Source of the DNA: a virus
Taxonomy: Duplodnaviria > Caudoviricetes
Reading direction: 5' to 3' (one strand)
Length of the DNA: 64,000 nt
IMG/VR virus record: IMGVR_UViG_3300028888_001628
Coordinates: 64,001-128,000 of that record
How positions within the stretch are numbered: position 1 is the stretch's first letter; each line of letters opens with the position of its first letter. Shown piece after piece: positions 39,756 through 51,258 of this stretch. The position numbers and the translations under genes are program-made. Under the pieces are notes generated by a model. The model saw only the letters and a list, made by a program, of their open reading frames with translations, did no database searches and had not been told where the DNA came from.

Positions 39756-41435
39756 ATGCCTTTATTAGATTCAATCACATCAGCTATATCTAATGTAGCT
39801 CCAACTGTAGGTAATACTTTATCACAGGCTATATCTGGAAGATCTAGCGGTGAACCTCTTACATTAGGTGCTAAAAATACAGATGTTACTAATTTTAGAA
39901 ATTTAGTTTATGCTAGTAAAGTTGGTAATAAAGATAATAGTTCACCTCCACCTAGTACACATACAGATGGGACACCTACATCTCTTGCAATAGAATTTGA
40001 TAAACAATTATATGATGCAGCATTAAATTTACCTGAAGCGAAAACAGTTTCATTTGAATACACTAATAAAGATTCAGATCGTCATTATGGTTTATTTAAG
40101 GGTGGGAAGATTTACAAATCTTTAAGTAAGACACCTGAAATTGCAAGTAATAATGCTAAACCTATGAAAGGCTGGTTAACACTAGACGGCAGTGATTTAG
40201 GTTTAGCAGAACTTGTGAATGAAAATACAAAGTACATTATAAATATAGCAGACTTTACACCAGAAAGAATAGTAAAAGATTTCACACCTCTTTATAATAA
40301 ATTAAAGAATGCTAAATACGATAAATACGAGAGTGTTAAAGATGATACAAAAGCGGCCTCGTCAGAAGCTGCTACAAATAATGAATCTACATCTAAAGAC
40401 ATTATAGATGACACATCTTCTACATACGAATTAGAGCAAACACCTTACTATGAAAAAGATAAAGACGGCAATATTAATAACTATAAATATTATGGTCTGT
40501 ATTACCCAGATCAAATTACTATAAAAGATAGACAAGTTACAAATAGTAGTGTATATAATAATGTACAAGCTGTGATATATGACTTACCTAATTGTAATAG
40601 CTTAGATAATGCTTCTAGTTCTATTGAAAACAGTTTTACACAGTTATATTGCTATCAACAGCCTGAGTCAGTTTCATATACAGCGGCTGCACAGTATGAT
40701 TCAGTATCACCTAGAGGATCTCAACAACCATTTCAATTTTATCAAAGTGCTAACACAATGAGTCTTGGTTTTACACTGAAGTGGCATATAGACGAAATAA
40801 GAACTATGTATAATAGGTCAGCTGGATCTAATAAATCATATACTATACAAGAAATAGCTAAAATAGCTGAAGATTTCACACGTCCATGGCAGAATGGTTC
40901 ATCTTTACTTCAAAAAGTATGCAAGGTAATATTACCAGGTGTATCTCATATTGGTTACATTACAGAAGCACAAATAAATTATTCAGGTGATATGTCTGGT
41001 GATTATTCAACCGGCTCAGGCGTATTATCTGGTGGCGGTACAGATGGGTCAGATATTTCTATTAGGGAACCAGAAAATTACTTCTATTCTCAATTAGAAG
41101 TTACTTTTAGTATGATTATAATTAAAGACGTTCAGCTATATCATGTAAATGAAAGTAATGTAGGCGTAAAAACTATTGTTTATAGTAAAGATAATAAATA
41201 CAGTGCGAATACTACGACACAATCATCTGATAGGGAAGCACCTGCATCTGATGATTTAAATAAAGATGAAGCTAATTCAACAGCTAATAATTCTAATGAA
41301 ATGATGTCACCTGTTAGTGAGGAAGACATTCAAGCTTCAATAGATAGACCAGAACCACCACCTTATTCGCCGATAATAAATGCAAGTAATCCATTTAATC
41401 AAATCGCTTCACGGTTTAATTTTATTAACGTATAA
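39756..41435 (+). CDS. Baseplate tube-initiator-like protein (gp48/gp54 or CIS-tube-like domain)
   Basis: PESVSYTAAAQYDSVSPRGSQQPFQFYQS...SLGFTL; position between tape measure and LysM gene. Confidence 0.6.
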   Translation: MPLLDSITSAISNVAPTVGNTLSQAISGRSSGEPLTLGAKNTDVTNFRNLVYASKVGNKDNSSPPPSTHTDGTPTSLAIEFDKQLYDAALNLPEAKTVSFEYTNKDSDRHYGLFKGGKIYKSLSKTPEIASNNAKPMKGWLTLDGSDLGLAELVNENTKYIINIADFTPERIVKDFTPLYNKLKNAKYDKYESVKDDTKAASSEAATNNESTSKDIIDDTSSTYELEQTPYYEKDKDGNINNYKYYGLYYPDQITIKDRQVTNSSVYNNVQAVIYDLPNCNSLDNASSSIENSFTQLYCYQQPESVSYTAAAQYDSVSPRGSQQPFQFYQSANTMSLGFTLKWHIDEIRTMYNRSAGSNKSYTIQEIAKIAEDFTRPWQNGSSLLQKVCKVILPGVSHIGYITEAQINYSGDMSGDYSTGSGVLSGGGTDGSDISIREPENYFYSQLEVTFSMIIIKDVQLYHVNESNVGVKTIVYSKDNKYSANTTTQSSDREAPASDDLNKDEANSTANNSNEMMSPVSEEDIQASIDRPEPPPYSPIINASNPFNQIASRFNFINV

Positions 41436-41450
41436 TTATGAGGTGATCTA

Positions 41451-41705
41451 ATGGCAAGATATGATAGAAATTCTCGTTATTATGACTGTGATACTACTAA
41501 TGATTTGCCACAAGATGAATTATTAAAAAAGTCATATTCATATTATACGATAGTTGTTAAAGCAAGTGAAAGTGGGAGATTAGATTTAGTTTCACAGCGT
41601 GTATATAATACACCTGTGCATTGGTGGATAATAGCAAGATTTAATGCGATCATTAATCCTGAGACTGCAATAGCCGGGACTGTATTGAGAATTCCACAGC
41701 TATAG
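41451..41705 (+). CDS. LysM-like baseplate wedge protein (T4 gp53-like)
   Basis: RLDLVSQRVYNTPVHWWIIARFNAIINP...GTVLRIP. Confidence 0.85.
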   Translation: MARYDRNSRYYDCDTTNDLPQDELLKKSYSYYTIVVKASESGRLDLVSQRVYNTPVHWWIIARFNAIINPETAIAGTVLRIPQL

Positions 41706-41717
41706 GATTTAAATCTT

Positions 41718-44159
41718 ATGAATTATGAATGTATAGACTATACTTATTGTGAAATAGACATTAACGGTTATATAATTACAAATGTACAAAAGGCTGGATT
41801 TCCAGATAATAACTGTGGCGCTCATTTGGAATCTCTAACTATAGAATCACCTGTTGTTGGTAGCACAGAAGTTAATAAAGATAGCATTGGTGCAAATGGC
41901 CGTATAAATGTAATCGATTATAAAGATGCAGTTTTTAAGTCACTTAATGTTCATTTAAAAGAATTCTTAGATACACGTGGTGAGCCTAAAGAAGACGGTA
42001 GCTATAGTGGTAGTTTAGAAAATGCAGAGAAGTATTTATCACGAGTAAAGATAACAATTAAAAGCTTTACTGATACTGTTACGTTTTATGGACAGATAAT
42101 AGATTGGCAATTTAACTTTGTAGGATCTACACCTACGCTTGCGTTAGACTTTAAAGTTATTATACCTAGCTCAGACAAAGAAAACCCACCACCAACGTAT
42201 AAAACATATTCTTCACCAAAAGAATTAGTAAAAGCTCTTCGAGAAGCGTATAGCCCTGATATTCCAATAGTATATTCAAATAACATGGGTTCTAGCTTAG
42301 CTGGGAAAGATCTCGACGATTACATTATTTTCATTAGTAGTGACGGTACTTTTTTATATAACAGTACAAGTTTACCAAAGACTTGTGGTAATTCTTTAAT
42401 AGATGCATACTTTTATTTAATAAAGAACTGTATTACAAAAGACGGTAAATATTTATCAGGTCACTATAATGGTGATACTAATAAGTTTGAGATTTCATAT
42501 AGAAATGTAAATAATAATCAGCCACCTAAAGATTCTGTTACTGATGAACTTGTATTTGTACAAAACGGTTGTTTCAAACCATATCAAAAAAGACCTGAAG
42601 ATGGTAAGATAGTTATCCCAATGACTTCATTTAATTATGAAGTCAATCAGGCTAATCTTACGTTACAGTCTAGAATATTACATAATCCTAATGGAACAAC
42701 TGTAGTGCAGAACGGCGGTGATAATAGCACACGTACAATAGAACCAAATAGTGGTGGAAACCCTGGAAGCGACAATGGTAATGGTGGCCCTAGTACTGTA
42801 AATGTGACATTTGATTGTTGTAACGTAACTGCTTTTAGAACAAACGATTTGAATAATAAAGTTCTATATGAGATATATAATGAGTTAGGTCAGAAGAGCA
42901 TTGTTAGTGGTTATGGTACAGTTCAGAAATGTAGTTACACTTTATCAGGCGGTATGATTAAAGCTAGTGTTACCTGCTGTGAATATTTCAATAATAATGC
43001 TACTAAGGAAACTGGTTCAGGTAGTGCAGATAAAAAATCTAAAGAAGGTGTGTTTGATAAATTAAAGAAGCACGCAGAGAAGATAGCAGGGGCAAAAGCC
43101 GTGAGTAAATATGAAGTACCAAAAACTTATGAAGAATATCTTAGACAAGAAGATGATTTACCAATACCTCTCAGTATCGACAAGACTAGATCATGTTTAA
43201 AAGATGGTACCTTCGGAAAACATGTTGATATGTTCTTAGATCGATACGGTGATCTAAAATCAACCGCACGTAGGCTTGATTATTCTTTCATTAAAACTTT
43301 ATATGATACTGGTGATTTCGGATTATTGTCATTATTGTATGGCCCAGCTCACTATGGAATTAAAGCATCAACTTTTCCTGATTATTGGCCTAAAAATGAC
43401 GATGTAAAATGTCCTCCTAGAGATCCTGTATTACATGATCCAGGTCATAAAAATTCTAAAGAATTCTGTGCAGGAAGTATTGGTAAATTACCGTATCATT
43501 ATAATGTAGGTGGGCTTGGAATTGCTCATTGGGATGCTGGAAACTTAGATGATATTTATACTACTTGCGGATTCGATCCATCTATGACTCAATCAGAACG
43601 AGATCATATCGCTAATCTTATAGTAAAGTCAGGTAAATGTACTGGGTGGCGAGTGGGGTCTTATAAAGGTGTTGAGCGTATATTTCCTATATTCGCAAAA
43701 GATAGTGTGATGAGAGTATTTGATAAAGGTTTAAAACAAGATGAGTTATGGTTAGGGTGGGCAAAGAATATTGTATATTATAATGGAAGTAACGGTAGAA
43801 TATATCAGCATTTTTTATTTGAGCTGTGGATTAGAAAAATGTGGCTTCCTACAATAAGTGAGCTTAATAAAGAAACGTCTTCTAAAGACCACACTATATG
43901 CTTACAAGATGCTATTCGTATTTCTAGAGCTGCTAATAGTAAAACTGCATGGATATATGGTAAGGGGAGTCTTAGAAGAATGTGCGGGACTAACGTTTCT
44001 GAGCAATATGATATTTATACTAGCAACGGAGATAAACCGCATGCTGATAAGCAGAAGGCGTATTGCAAACGCTTATGTAAAATATTAGAGTGGGAATACT
44101 CACATCAAAATAGTAATGTACCTGGTAGTACATCAGGCGGTAGTGGTAGCGCGAGGTAA
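41718..44159 (+). CDS. Putative baseplate hub protein with an extra C-terminal, possibly lytic, domain
   Basis: Position between gp53-like and spike/gp25-like genes; beta-rich N-half, Gly linker, GGLGIAHWD in the C-half. Confidence 0.5.
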   Translation: MNYECIDYTYCEIDINGYIITNVQKAGFPDNNCGAHLESLTIESPVVGSTEVNKDSIGANGRINVIDYKDAVFKSLNVHLKEFLDTRGEPKEDGSYSGSLENAEKYLSRVKITIKSFTDTVTFYGQIIDWQFNFVGSTPTLALDFKVIIPSSDKENPPPTYKTYSSPKELVKALREAYSPDIPIVYSNNMGSSLAGKDLDDYIIFISSDGTFLYNSTSLPKTCGNSLIDAYFYLIKNCITKDGKYLSGHYNGDTNKFEISYRNVNNNQPPKDSVTDELVFVQNGCFKPYQKRPEDGKIVIPMTSFNYEVNQANLTLQSRILHNPNGTTVVQNGGDNSTRTIEPNSGGNPGSDNGNGGPSTVNVTFDCCNVTAFRTNDLNNKVLYEIYNELGQKSIVSGYGTVQKCSYTLSGGMIKASVTCCEYFNNNATKETGSGSADKKSKEGVFDKLKKHAEKIAGAKAVSKYEVPKTYEEYLRQEDDLPIPLSIDKTRSCLKDGTFGKHVDMFLDRYGDLKSTARRLDYSFIKTLYDTGDFGLLSLLYGPAHYGIKASTFPDYWPKNDDVKCPPRDPVLHDPGHKNSKEFCAGSIGKLPYHYNVGGLGIAHWDAGNLDDIYTTCGFDPSMTQSERDHIANLIVKSGKCTGWRVGSYKGVERIFPIFAKDSVMRVFDKGLKQDELWLGWAKNIVYYNGSNGRIYQHFLFELWIRKMWLPTISELNKETSSKDHTICLQDAIRISRAANSKTAWIYGKGSLRRMCGTNVSEQYDIYTSNGDKPHADKQKAYCKRLCKILEWEYSHQNSNVPGSTSGGSGSAR

Positions 44160-44163
44160 TTAT

Positions 44164-44829
44164 ATGTCAGATAGTTTATCTCAATATGAAATACCTAGAA
44201 ATAGTATTTCTTGTTATATTGGAAGAATAAGTGAAACTCCAAGTGAAGATTTTGCTAGTAACGGAATTTTAATCGTCGATATTGGTAATGTTGAAAGTGA
44301 TGATGACGATGGTAATGTAGAGAATGAAGGCCCTGATTATACAGAGAACGGAACTACAAAACTAACCGCAATAGCATCATGGACTTTACGATCAGCATAT
44401 ATAGCATGGTCCACACCACCAAAGATTAAATTCAAGGGAAACGTAAAACTTCATGGAAAAGTCTCAATGAATAATGCACAGTTGAGTAGTATTAATATAT
44501 CAGGTGGACCACCTATGCAAGGTACTATTACTTCGCCATCTGGACCAGGAACATCAACTACGCCAGTATCTATATCTTCAGCTTCAGGCACAGCAAAAAT
44601 TGAGCAGTCTTCAGATGCAGAAATAGAAATGGAAACTGGAGATGATTTAACTATAGAGTTAACTTCACAGTTAGGTGCACAGCTTCCATGGTGTGTAAAT
44701 CCAACTAAAGCTCAAGAAGGTGATGATATTGATGATGGTCTTCCATTTATAAAGAAAGGTGACAAAGCTCTATGCCTTGCATTTGGTAATTCTCTATCAA
44801 ATTTATTTGTAGTGGATATATTTAGATAG
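44164..44829 (+). CDS. Putative baseplate spike (gp5/gpV OB-fold-like)
   Basis: Position; LPFIKKGDKALCLAFG C-terminal motif; GAGGT RBS before ATG 44164. Confidence 0.5.
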   Translation: MSDSLSQYEIPRNSISCYIGRISETPSEDFASNGILIVDIGNVESDDDDGNVENEGPDYTENGTTKLTAIASWTLRSAYIAWSTPPKIKFKGNVKLHGKVSMNNAQLSSINISGGPPMQGTITSPSGPGTSTTPVSISSASGTAKIEQSSDAEIEMETGDDLTIELTSQLGAQLPWCVNPTKAQEGDDIDDGLPFIKKGDKALCLAFGNSLSNLFVVDIFR

Positions 44830-44838
44830 GATTATGAA

Positions 44839-45189
44839 ATGAAAACTTTTACAGGTAAATATGTTAATGGAAGTTTCGTTTATTCTGAAGATGTAGATGC
44901 AATTAAGTCTCAGTTAGTGTCTATATTAAATACACCTGCTGGATCAAGATTTTATATGCCTTCGTATGGATCACATTTAAATGAATATAGGTTCAGCGTC
45001 TTAAATTACTTTACGATTAATATGATTGGTCAAGAAGTAAAAGAGGCTATTAACATGATGTCAGGCGTTACTTTATCAGAGATATCATATACTGTTAATG
45101 ATAATAGTATAATATTTAATATAGACTTAATGCAGAATTCAGATACAATTAGATTTAGTTTAGCTATAACAGATGGTGTAGCATATTAA
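44839..45189 (+). CDS. Baseplate wedge / sheath initiator (T4 gp25-like)
   Basis: IKSQLVSILNTPAGSRFYMPSYGSHL. Confidence 0.9.
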   Translation: MKTFTGKYVNGSFVYSEDVDAIKSQLVSILNTPAGSRFYMPSYGSHLNEYRFSVLNYFTINMIGQEVKEAINMMSGVTLSEISYTVNDNSIIFNIDLMQNSDTIRFSLAITDGVAY

Positions 45190-45206
45190 TATATTATGGG
45201 GTTACT

Positions 45207-47603
45207 ATGGCATCAAGAATAACGGGTCGCGATTATACCACGCTGCGCCAAGAAATAATAGATCTTCTTAGACAAAAACTACCAGTTGACTGGGATTATC
45301 AAAACCTAGCTGATCCTGTAGTTATATTTGCAGAATGTCTAGCTAGAGTCGGTGATCAATTACATTTTACAATAGATGAGCTTAGACGCGAATGCGATAT
45401 GGCTACAGCTAATAGAGCATCGTCTATATATTCTTACGCTATGCGAGAAGGTTATAAGATGATGCTACCGAAAGCGTCATTTGGTACTCTATCTTTAAAT
45501 TATAAAGTTAATTTAGGTAGTGATGGGAAAGACGCTGATGCTAATAAATGGCGCATTAATCTAAATAAGTTTGATGAGATAAAAGCAATTCCATTCGGTG
45601 AATCTCTTTACGTTGTAAATGATAGTATATCTGCAACATTATATCCTCCTTTAGATTCTGAATATAGTAAAAAGTTAAGTGACTATTATAATGATGACGA
45701 TGAAATAGACAAGGGTAAGTTAAGTATTTATAATGCGTATATGCAAGACGAGTATAATAAAACTGTTCGCATAAACGTAGTATTAGGTACTAAATCAGAG
45801 TTCTCATTTACATACAGTAATATAAATAATGATTCTACTGTAGAATTACCTGATTCATTTATCGATAGAGATCTAGTCAGACTTACATATAACAATAATG
45901 ATGAAAGAAATGTTGAAATTACCTACGTAGATGATGTTATTAGCTCTGGTTTTAATAGTAAGTCATTTACTTTAACACCAAAGTTTATAGGTGGCGCTAT
46001 TCATTTGTATATAGAATTTCCAACTAACTATCGCGATATATTTAAAGATCATACTACATCATTTAAATTTGAGTATATTAGAATAAAAGATTCTAAGATA
46101 GAGTCTTTAATGAGTTACCAAACTGGTAAAGACACATTTAATTTCGGTAACGCTTTAGACCATGATGGTGAATTAAGTGAAGGTAGTGACATTATTGTTT
46201 CGATAGGTAACGGCATCAAAGGCTATGAAGAATATGAAAATGCAAATGTTACACGTGAACACTATAAGCAATTTGTGCAAAGCTATTCTTCTTTATTAAC
46301 TAAGAGTGATTATGAAAGCTATATAAAAGCTACTTCCGCGGCTCATTGTAAAGTATATGATCATGGTGATATGTATGTAAGTCCGCGAGTACTTCCAGAT
46401 AATACAGACTTAATTCCGCGTGTCATATATACTATTACAGATAATAATTATGAATCACGAATGGAATTATGGTATGACTTAAAAGAACGATCTGCACGGT
46501 CAGATTGTATTATTATGATTCCATTTGGAATCGATCCATATACAGTCATAGTTAAAGCTGATTGTTATTTAGTTGGTACTTCAACTGCAGAAATAGCGAC
46601 AAGTGTAAAATCAGCTATTATGAGTTATTATTCAGCATCAACCGGTGAACGTATACCTAAACGATCGGTGATAGATTATCTTGCACATAATGCATCAGAT
46701 AAGATTATTAGATTAGACAATATAATTGTTAGAGATTCAACATACGGAAAAGTTGATTCTACATTCTCGAATGTAAACACTTTAAGTAATGCAAAAATAG
46801 ATCAGTTATTTAAAGCACTATCATCAGGTGATATTACATTTAGTTCTGATTTAGAAACTGATATAACTAGCAGATATTATTTACGTGGTAATATTTACAG
46901 AGACAGTGATAACAACACTTACACTTATGAAGAATTGCAGAAGCTAGAAATAGAAAATGACGGATCAGATCTACCTGAATCACTTACGTTAGAATATTAT
47001 TGTAAATACACAATGGTATTTGAAAAACAATCAGATGAAGATTCAGATAATGGATTAATAAACGAATATAACGATTTCCCAAAAGAATTTCCAAAGATAT
47101 ATTATGTTCACAATGGTTCAGAATCAGTAATAGATGAGTATGATAATCTTGTAGATCACCAAATTACATACGGTGAACTTGATTCAGAAGATTGGGATTT
47201 TGAAGAAAAAGATATATTTAGTTATAACACTGTAACAGATAATACAATGACATCTGTGTCAGATAGTCAGTATTACGGTTGGGTTGTTTATAGTGATGAA
47301 AGTGTAGATTATTATATTAGACGAGACGAGTTAACTCTTGTATCAGAAGGTGAGAATGTAAATACATACGAAAAAGCTGAAGGCGTAGAAAAACTAACTC
47401 TATATAGCAGCCCCATTGATCTATTACATTATGCTACAGATAAAGAAGTTACATACGATCAGAATGGTAGGTTTACAGGATCAGTTTATTGTAAATTAGC
47501 AACTGCGTCTATAAATAATGATTATACAAAACATCATTACATGACACCTGTAATAAACAATGTAATTGTTTTAATAAAGGCTGTAAACACAAACATAAGA
47601 TAA
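45207..47603 (+). CDS. Baseplate wedge protein (T4 gp6-like)
   Basis: TGRDYTTLRQEII...WDY...DP, TANRASSIYSYA...GY, LLTKSDYE. Confidence 0.85.
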   Translation: MASRITGRDYTTLRQEIIDLLRQKLPVDWDYQNLADPVVIFAECLARVGDQLHFTIDELRRECDMATANRASSIYSYAMREGYKMMLPKASFGTLSLNYKVNLGSDGKDADANKWRINLNKFDEIKAIPFGESLYVVNDSISATLYPPLDSEYSKKLSDYYNDDDEIDKGKLSIYNAYMQDEYNKTVRINVVLGTKSEFSFTYSNINNDSTVELPDSFIDRDLVRLTYNNNDERNVEITYVDDVISSGFNSKSFTLTPKFIGGAIHLYIEFPTNYRDIFKDHTTSFKFEYIRIKDSKIESLMSYQTGKDTFNFGNALDHDGELSEGSDIIVSIGNGIKGYEEYENANVTREHYKQFVQSYSSLLTKSDYESYIKATSAAHCKVYDHGDMYVSPRVLPDNTDLIPRVIYTITDNNYESRMELWYDLKERSARSDCIIMIPFGIDPYTVIVKADCYLVGTSTAEIATSVKSAIMSYYSASTGERIPKRSVIDYLAHNASDKIIRLDNIIVRDSTYGKVDSTFSNVNTLSNAKIDQLFKALSSGDITFSSDLETDITSRYYLRGNIYRDSDNNTYTYEELQKLEIENDGSDLPESLTLEYYCKYTMVFEKQSDEDSDNGLINEYNDFPKEFPKIYYVHNGSESVIDEYDNLVDHQITYGELDSEDWDFEEKDIFSYNTVTDNTMTSVSDSQYYGWVVYSDESVDYYIRRDELTLVSEGENVNTYEKAEGVEKLTLYSSPIDLLHYATDKEVTYDQNGRFTGSVYCKLATASINNDYTKHHYMTPVINNVIVLIKAVNTNIR

Positions 47604-47610
47604 AAACTTA

Positions 47611-47649
47611 CCCTCTAGAAACTTTCTCTAGAGGGATTTTTAATATCTA
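47611..47649 (+). terminator. Terminator hairpin followed by ATATCTA
   Basis: ccctctaga / tctagaggg followed by attttt; ATATCTA at 47643. Confidence 0.65.
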
Positions 47650-47690
47650 TAGTTTATTACTATAATAATATATTACTGAAGGCTCATAAC

Positions 47691-50144
47691 ATGAAGATAC
47701 TACCAGATTATATCATACAATACTTACCAGTACTAGAAGAGGTACTAGAAGAACTGCGCTTGTCTGTATTAGATCATGCTTATGAACTACTAAAACGATT
47801 AGACATAGACGAATTATCTTCAGATGAAATAAGACAGAAGCTAGAGTTATATAATATTAAGATCGATAATATGACTAAAGAATGGCTTCCAAATGGAAGA
47901 TTCTATAGATTATATCCATCGATAAAACATCATCGTACACGTCAAAACACTATAAAAGCTATAGCCAAATCTGGTGGTCAGTTTGAGGGTCTTTGGTCTA
48001 ACGATTTTAGCAATAAAACTGAGTATAACTTTAATAAGATACAGATAGCTAGACATTATGAATTTGCATCAGATGCAGATGGCTACTTCTATGTAAGTGG
48101 TGATACTATAACAGATGGAAGAGGCACTGTAATTAGTTCAGCTGCAAAAGCTCTATCTACAGATATTCTAATAAATCAATCTTTACCAGCAGGTTATACA
48201 TATTTATATATTCCATGGCCAAGACCTGTATACCCTGGTGATTCTGGGTTCTTTTATAATGTACATATGCTTATGTATGATAGATTATATTATACAGAAG
48301 ATTGTAACAATAATAGCTACACAATAGCAGATCTATCAACACCTGCTTCTACTCATTATAATTGGCGTGAAGGTATTGGAACACCTTATAAAACACCGTA
48401 CTGGTTTGATTATCATTATATGCATGATTCTAGACACACAGAACCAAATGCATTAAACGATCATGCTGGTACTTGGCCTATAGAAGAATCTGGCTATTAT
48501 TACGATAAAGATGGTATTCCAGTTGCTGATCCTGCTGAAGCTGTATTATATAAACTAGACAATAAATGTAAACAGCTAAGTGATAGTAAGTCAGAATTTC
48601 AAACTAATTGTTATTTGTATTCAAGAAATAAAACTACTGTGCCTAATAGGCTACAAGTATTTACACCTAAAGAACTAATCAGTAGTGAAGAATTTAAATA
48701 TACTATAGATGCAAATAAATACATAGAGTACAAATATGTAAATAATATACCTGATAGCTTGGAATCACCTGGCGCATACAGATGGGATTTAATCACACCA
48801 GGCTACCACTATCACACACGTGAATCTCTTCATCATATAAAAATCTATAAGCCGTTTTGGAATGAATCTTCACCATGGCTAGCGATGGCGCAGTCTACAA
48901 AGAATTCATATAACAATGGTAACTGGGGAACTAACAATCATTCTCTGTATCATTGGATGCATTTAAAACAAGAAGAGAATGTTCCTAATCTAAATAGTGA
49001 TAGTTATTATATTGAAAGTGTAAATAGATTCAATGAACCACCTGTATCTGAAATCACATTTGGTTCGTATGATAGACCTACAGCAGGTAAACTTGATCCA
49101 ATATTCGTAGGATATTTCAATAATACAAATATAGGTAATGATAAAGTTTTAAGTACAGATTCACCGTATAATAATATCTTTTACAGATATGATTTAGAGA
49201 CAGATTCTGCAGTCTTAATTGAGAATGATGTTACTTTATCATATAATATAGTGAGTCTTAATAATGAATCAGACACATTGTATGACAATGTAAATCCAAT
49301 AATAAAGTGCGAGCCTTTCAGTGATTTACTATATGTGGATTTAAGCGTTGTAGATACTTCTGAGACATATAGCTATAGTGATGTGTTATATAAAACTTCA
49401 AAGATTCATAAATTGTATGTAAACAGTGATAAGTCGTCTAAAGAAATGAGCTATCTGTTTAATACACTATATAATACAGCCGGTTCTTCAGAAATATATT
49501 TCTTTGACGAGAATAGCACTGCACATGAATCTCATTCATTGAAATTTACTATAGTTGGCATATATGACAGTGACGGTAATAAACTACAGTACAATGATTC
49601 TGCATATATGTTGTTTACTTATCGTGAGAACCAAGATCAGACACATAGCTATGATGTCACAATAAGTAATATAGCTAATGATAGCAGAATCTCATTAAAT
49701 GTATCTTATATACTGTTTACAGTAGAATTAGTAAATACTCCAACTGAGAAGATAGAGCCTGAGAATGTAACTGCTATAAGCCCTGAAGGTGAATCTATAA
49801 ATGCAGTTAGAATCACAAATGCGAATTTAAGTTTAGACATTATAGATGTTGGTAACGGATATATAACAATAGAGCAGTTTTATGAAGAAGGTTACTCTTT
49901 CGGTGGTATTTCTTCTACTATATTTGACATTGTTACGGGTGAAGAATCAAAGCTATCTGATATAGATATGCCTGTGTCGATGAATGTAGATCAGATAGAG
50001 ATTCCGCACCTAGATACAGAGTTTGAAGTAATTAATCCTTCACAGATTGAAGATTTAGATGTTAGTAATATTCATATTATGAATATTAGTGAAGAATTTA
50101 CGACTATAAATGGTCCTTCAATGGACGAGTTAGATATATCATAG
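47691..50144 (+). CDS. Putative baseplate wedge protein (gp7-like)
   Basis: ILPDYI...LDIDEL...LYPSIKHHRT N-terminal pattern; follows the gp6-like gene. Confidence 0.55.
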   Translation: MKILPDYIIQYLPVLEEVLEELRLSVLDHAYELLKRLDIDELSSDEIRQKLELYNIKIDNMTKEWLPNGRFYRLYPSIKHHRTRQNTIKAIAKSGGQFEGLWSNDFSNKTEYNFNKIQIARHYEFASDADGYFYVSGDTITDGRGTVISSAAKALSTDILINQSLPAGYTYLYIPWPRPVYPGDSGFFYNVHMLMYDRLYYTEDCNNNSYTIADLSTPASTHYNWREGIGTPYKTPYWFDYHYMHDSRHTEPNALNDHAGTWPIEESGYYYDKDGIPVADPAEAVLYKLDNKCKQLSDSKSEFQTNCYLYSRNKTTVPNRLQVFTPKELISSEEFKYTIDANKYIEYKYVNNIPDSLESPGAYRWDLITPGYHYHTRESLHHIKIYKPFWNESSPWLAMAQSTKNSYNNGNWGTNNHSLYHWMHLKQEENVPNLNSDSYYIESVNRFNEPPVSEITFGSYDRPTAGKLDPIFVGYFNNTNIGNDKVLSTDSPYNNIFYRYDLETDSAVLIENDVTLSYNIVSLNNESDTLYDNVNPIIKCEPFSDLLYVDLSVVDTSETYSYSDVLYKTSKIHKLYVNSDKSSKEMSYLFNTLYNTAGSSEIYFFDENSTAHESHSLKFTIVGIYDSDGNKLQYNDSAYMLFTYRENQDQTHSYDVTISNIANDSRISLNVSYILFTVELVNTPTEKIEPENVTAISPEGESINAVRITNANLSLDIIDVGNGYITIEQFYEEGYSFGGISSTIFDIVTGEESKLSDIDMPVSMNVDQIEIPHLDTEFEVINPSQIEDLDVSNIHIMNISEEFTTINGPSMDELDIS

Positions 50145-50154
50145 AGGTAATTAT

Positions 50155-51249
50155 ATGGCACTTGGGATATCTTCATTCGTAATGGATAAAAGTAATAATT
50201 ACAGTAATGGGTTGACATACGGGAAACTACTATTAACTAATTTTGCCAACGCGTTAGTAACAGCAAGTAACAATTATAGTATTGAGAGTGCAGTAGAGAT
50301 AATGGGTAGTCGAATGTCTGAATCAACTAGTTATTGCAGACATACAATACTGTTAAAGAATAATTATACTGGCGAATATTTACGTATTTGGTGCTTTAAT
50401 GGTAGTAGCCCTAGTATTATTAGTTCTACTGGTGATAATACATCTAGTAGTGATTGTAAAATATATAAAGGTAACTACTTATGTCAAGGTGCGAATAGTA
50501 ATAATTACTATACTGCTTCTAGTTTATACTTTGGTGTAAAGGATACTTCCATCGATACAGACCCTGCACATGATTTAGGTTTAAAGATACCTATATTTTC
50601 ACTTGCTGGCGGCTTATACACAAATAGTGGCGTAAGCGTTATAGATTTAGTGGCCAATGGTTATAAATCTAAATATTGTATAACTTCAGACGGTTCTGGC
50701 TTTACGTTCATTTATCATGTGTATGAGTCAAGCAATCCAACTGGCTCTGGGTGTTTAATATATCACCCACAAGCTATATCTACACAATCAGGTGATACTC
50801 ACACTGAGGGTTGCTTATTATTAAGCAGAGATACCACTAGTCCATATATAAGTTATGAAATAGATAGAATGAGAGGTATATGGACAAGCGCAGGCGGAAG
50901 TTTTAGTTATGGGCAATGGCTTGATTCATTAGATCCATTAAATGCTACTGCTGTCACGCCTATGGGTGATAAAGTATCTTGCATCCCATCTATATTATTC
51001 TCAAGCGCGCCTAATTATGCACAAAGTACTTCTTATCTAAATGCAGAAGGTACTGCATCTGCTGGGAGTTTTCCTGACAACAGTATAGGGTTTAAAGGAT
51101 ATACTAATCAGAATTTAGTTCGCAGATGTAGTGCTGACAGGGTTTCCACTATTGGTGCTGTTTACGGTGGGTGGTTATGTATTGGTAAAGGGTGGCTTAT
51201 TCCATGGGCTTCAGGACATGATTCTGATTCACCTTATGTAGAAACTTAA
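50155..51249 (+). CDS. Putative tail/fibre-associated protein
   Basis: Ser/Gly/Tyr-rich; C-terminus similar to 7032..8543. Confidence 0.5.
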   Translation: MALGISSFVMDKSNNYSNGLTYGKLLLTNFANALVTASNNYSIESAVEIMGSRMSESTSYCRHTILLKNNYTGEYLRIWCFNGSSPSIISSTGDNTSSSDCKIYKGNYLCQGANSNNYYTASSLYFGVKDTSIDTDPAHDLGLKIPIFSLAGGLYTNSGVSVIDLVANGYKSKYCITSDGSGFTFIYHVYESSNPTGSGCLIYHPQAISTQSGDTHTEGCLLLSRDTTSPYISYEIDRMRGIWTSAGGSFSYGQWLDSLDPLNATAVTPMGDKVSCIPSILFSSAPNYAQSTSYLNAEGTASAGSFPDNSIGFKGYTNQNLVRRCSADRVSTIGAVYGGWLCIGKGWLIPWASGHDSDSPYVET

Positions 51250-51258
51250 TTTACAAAT

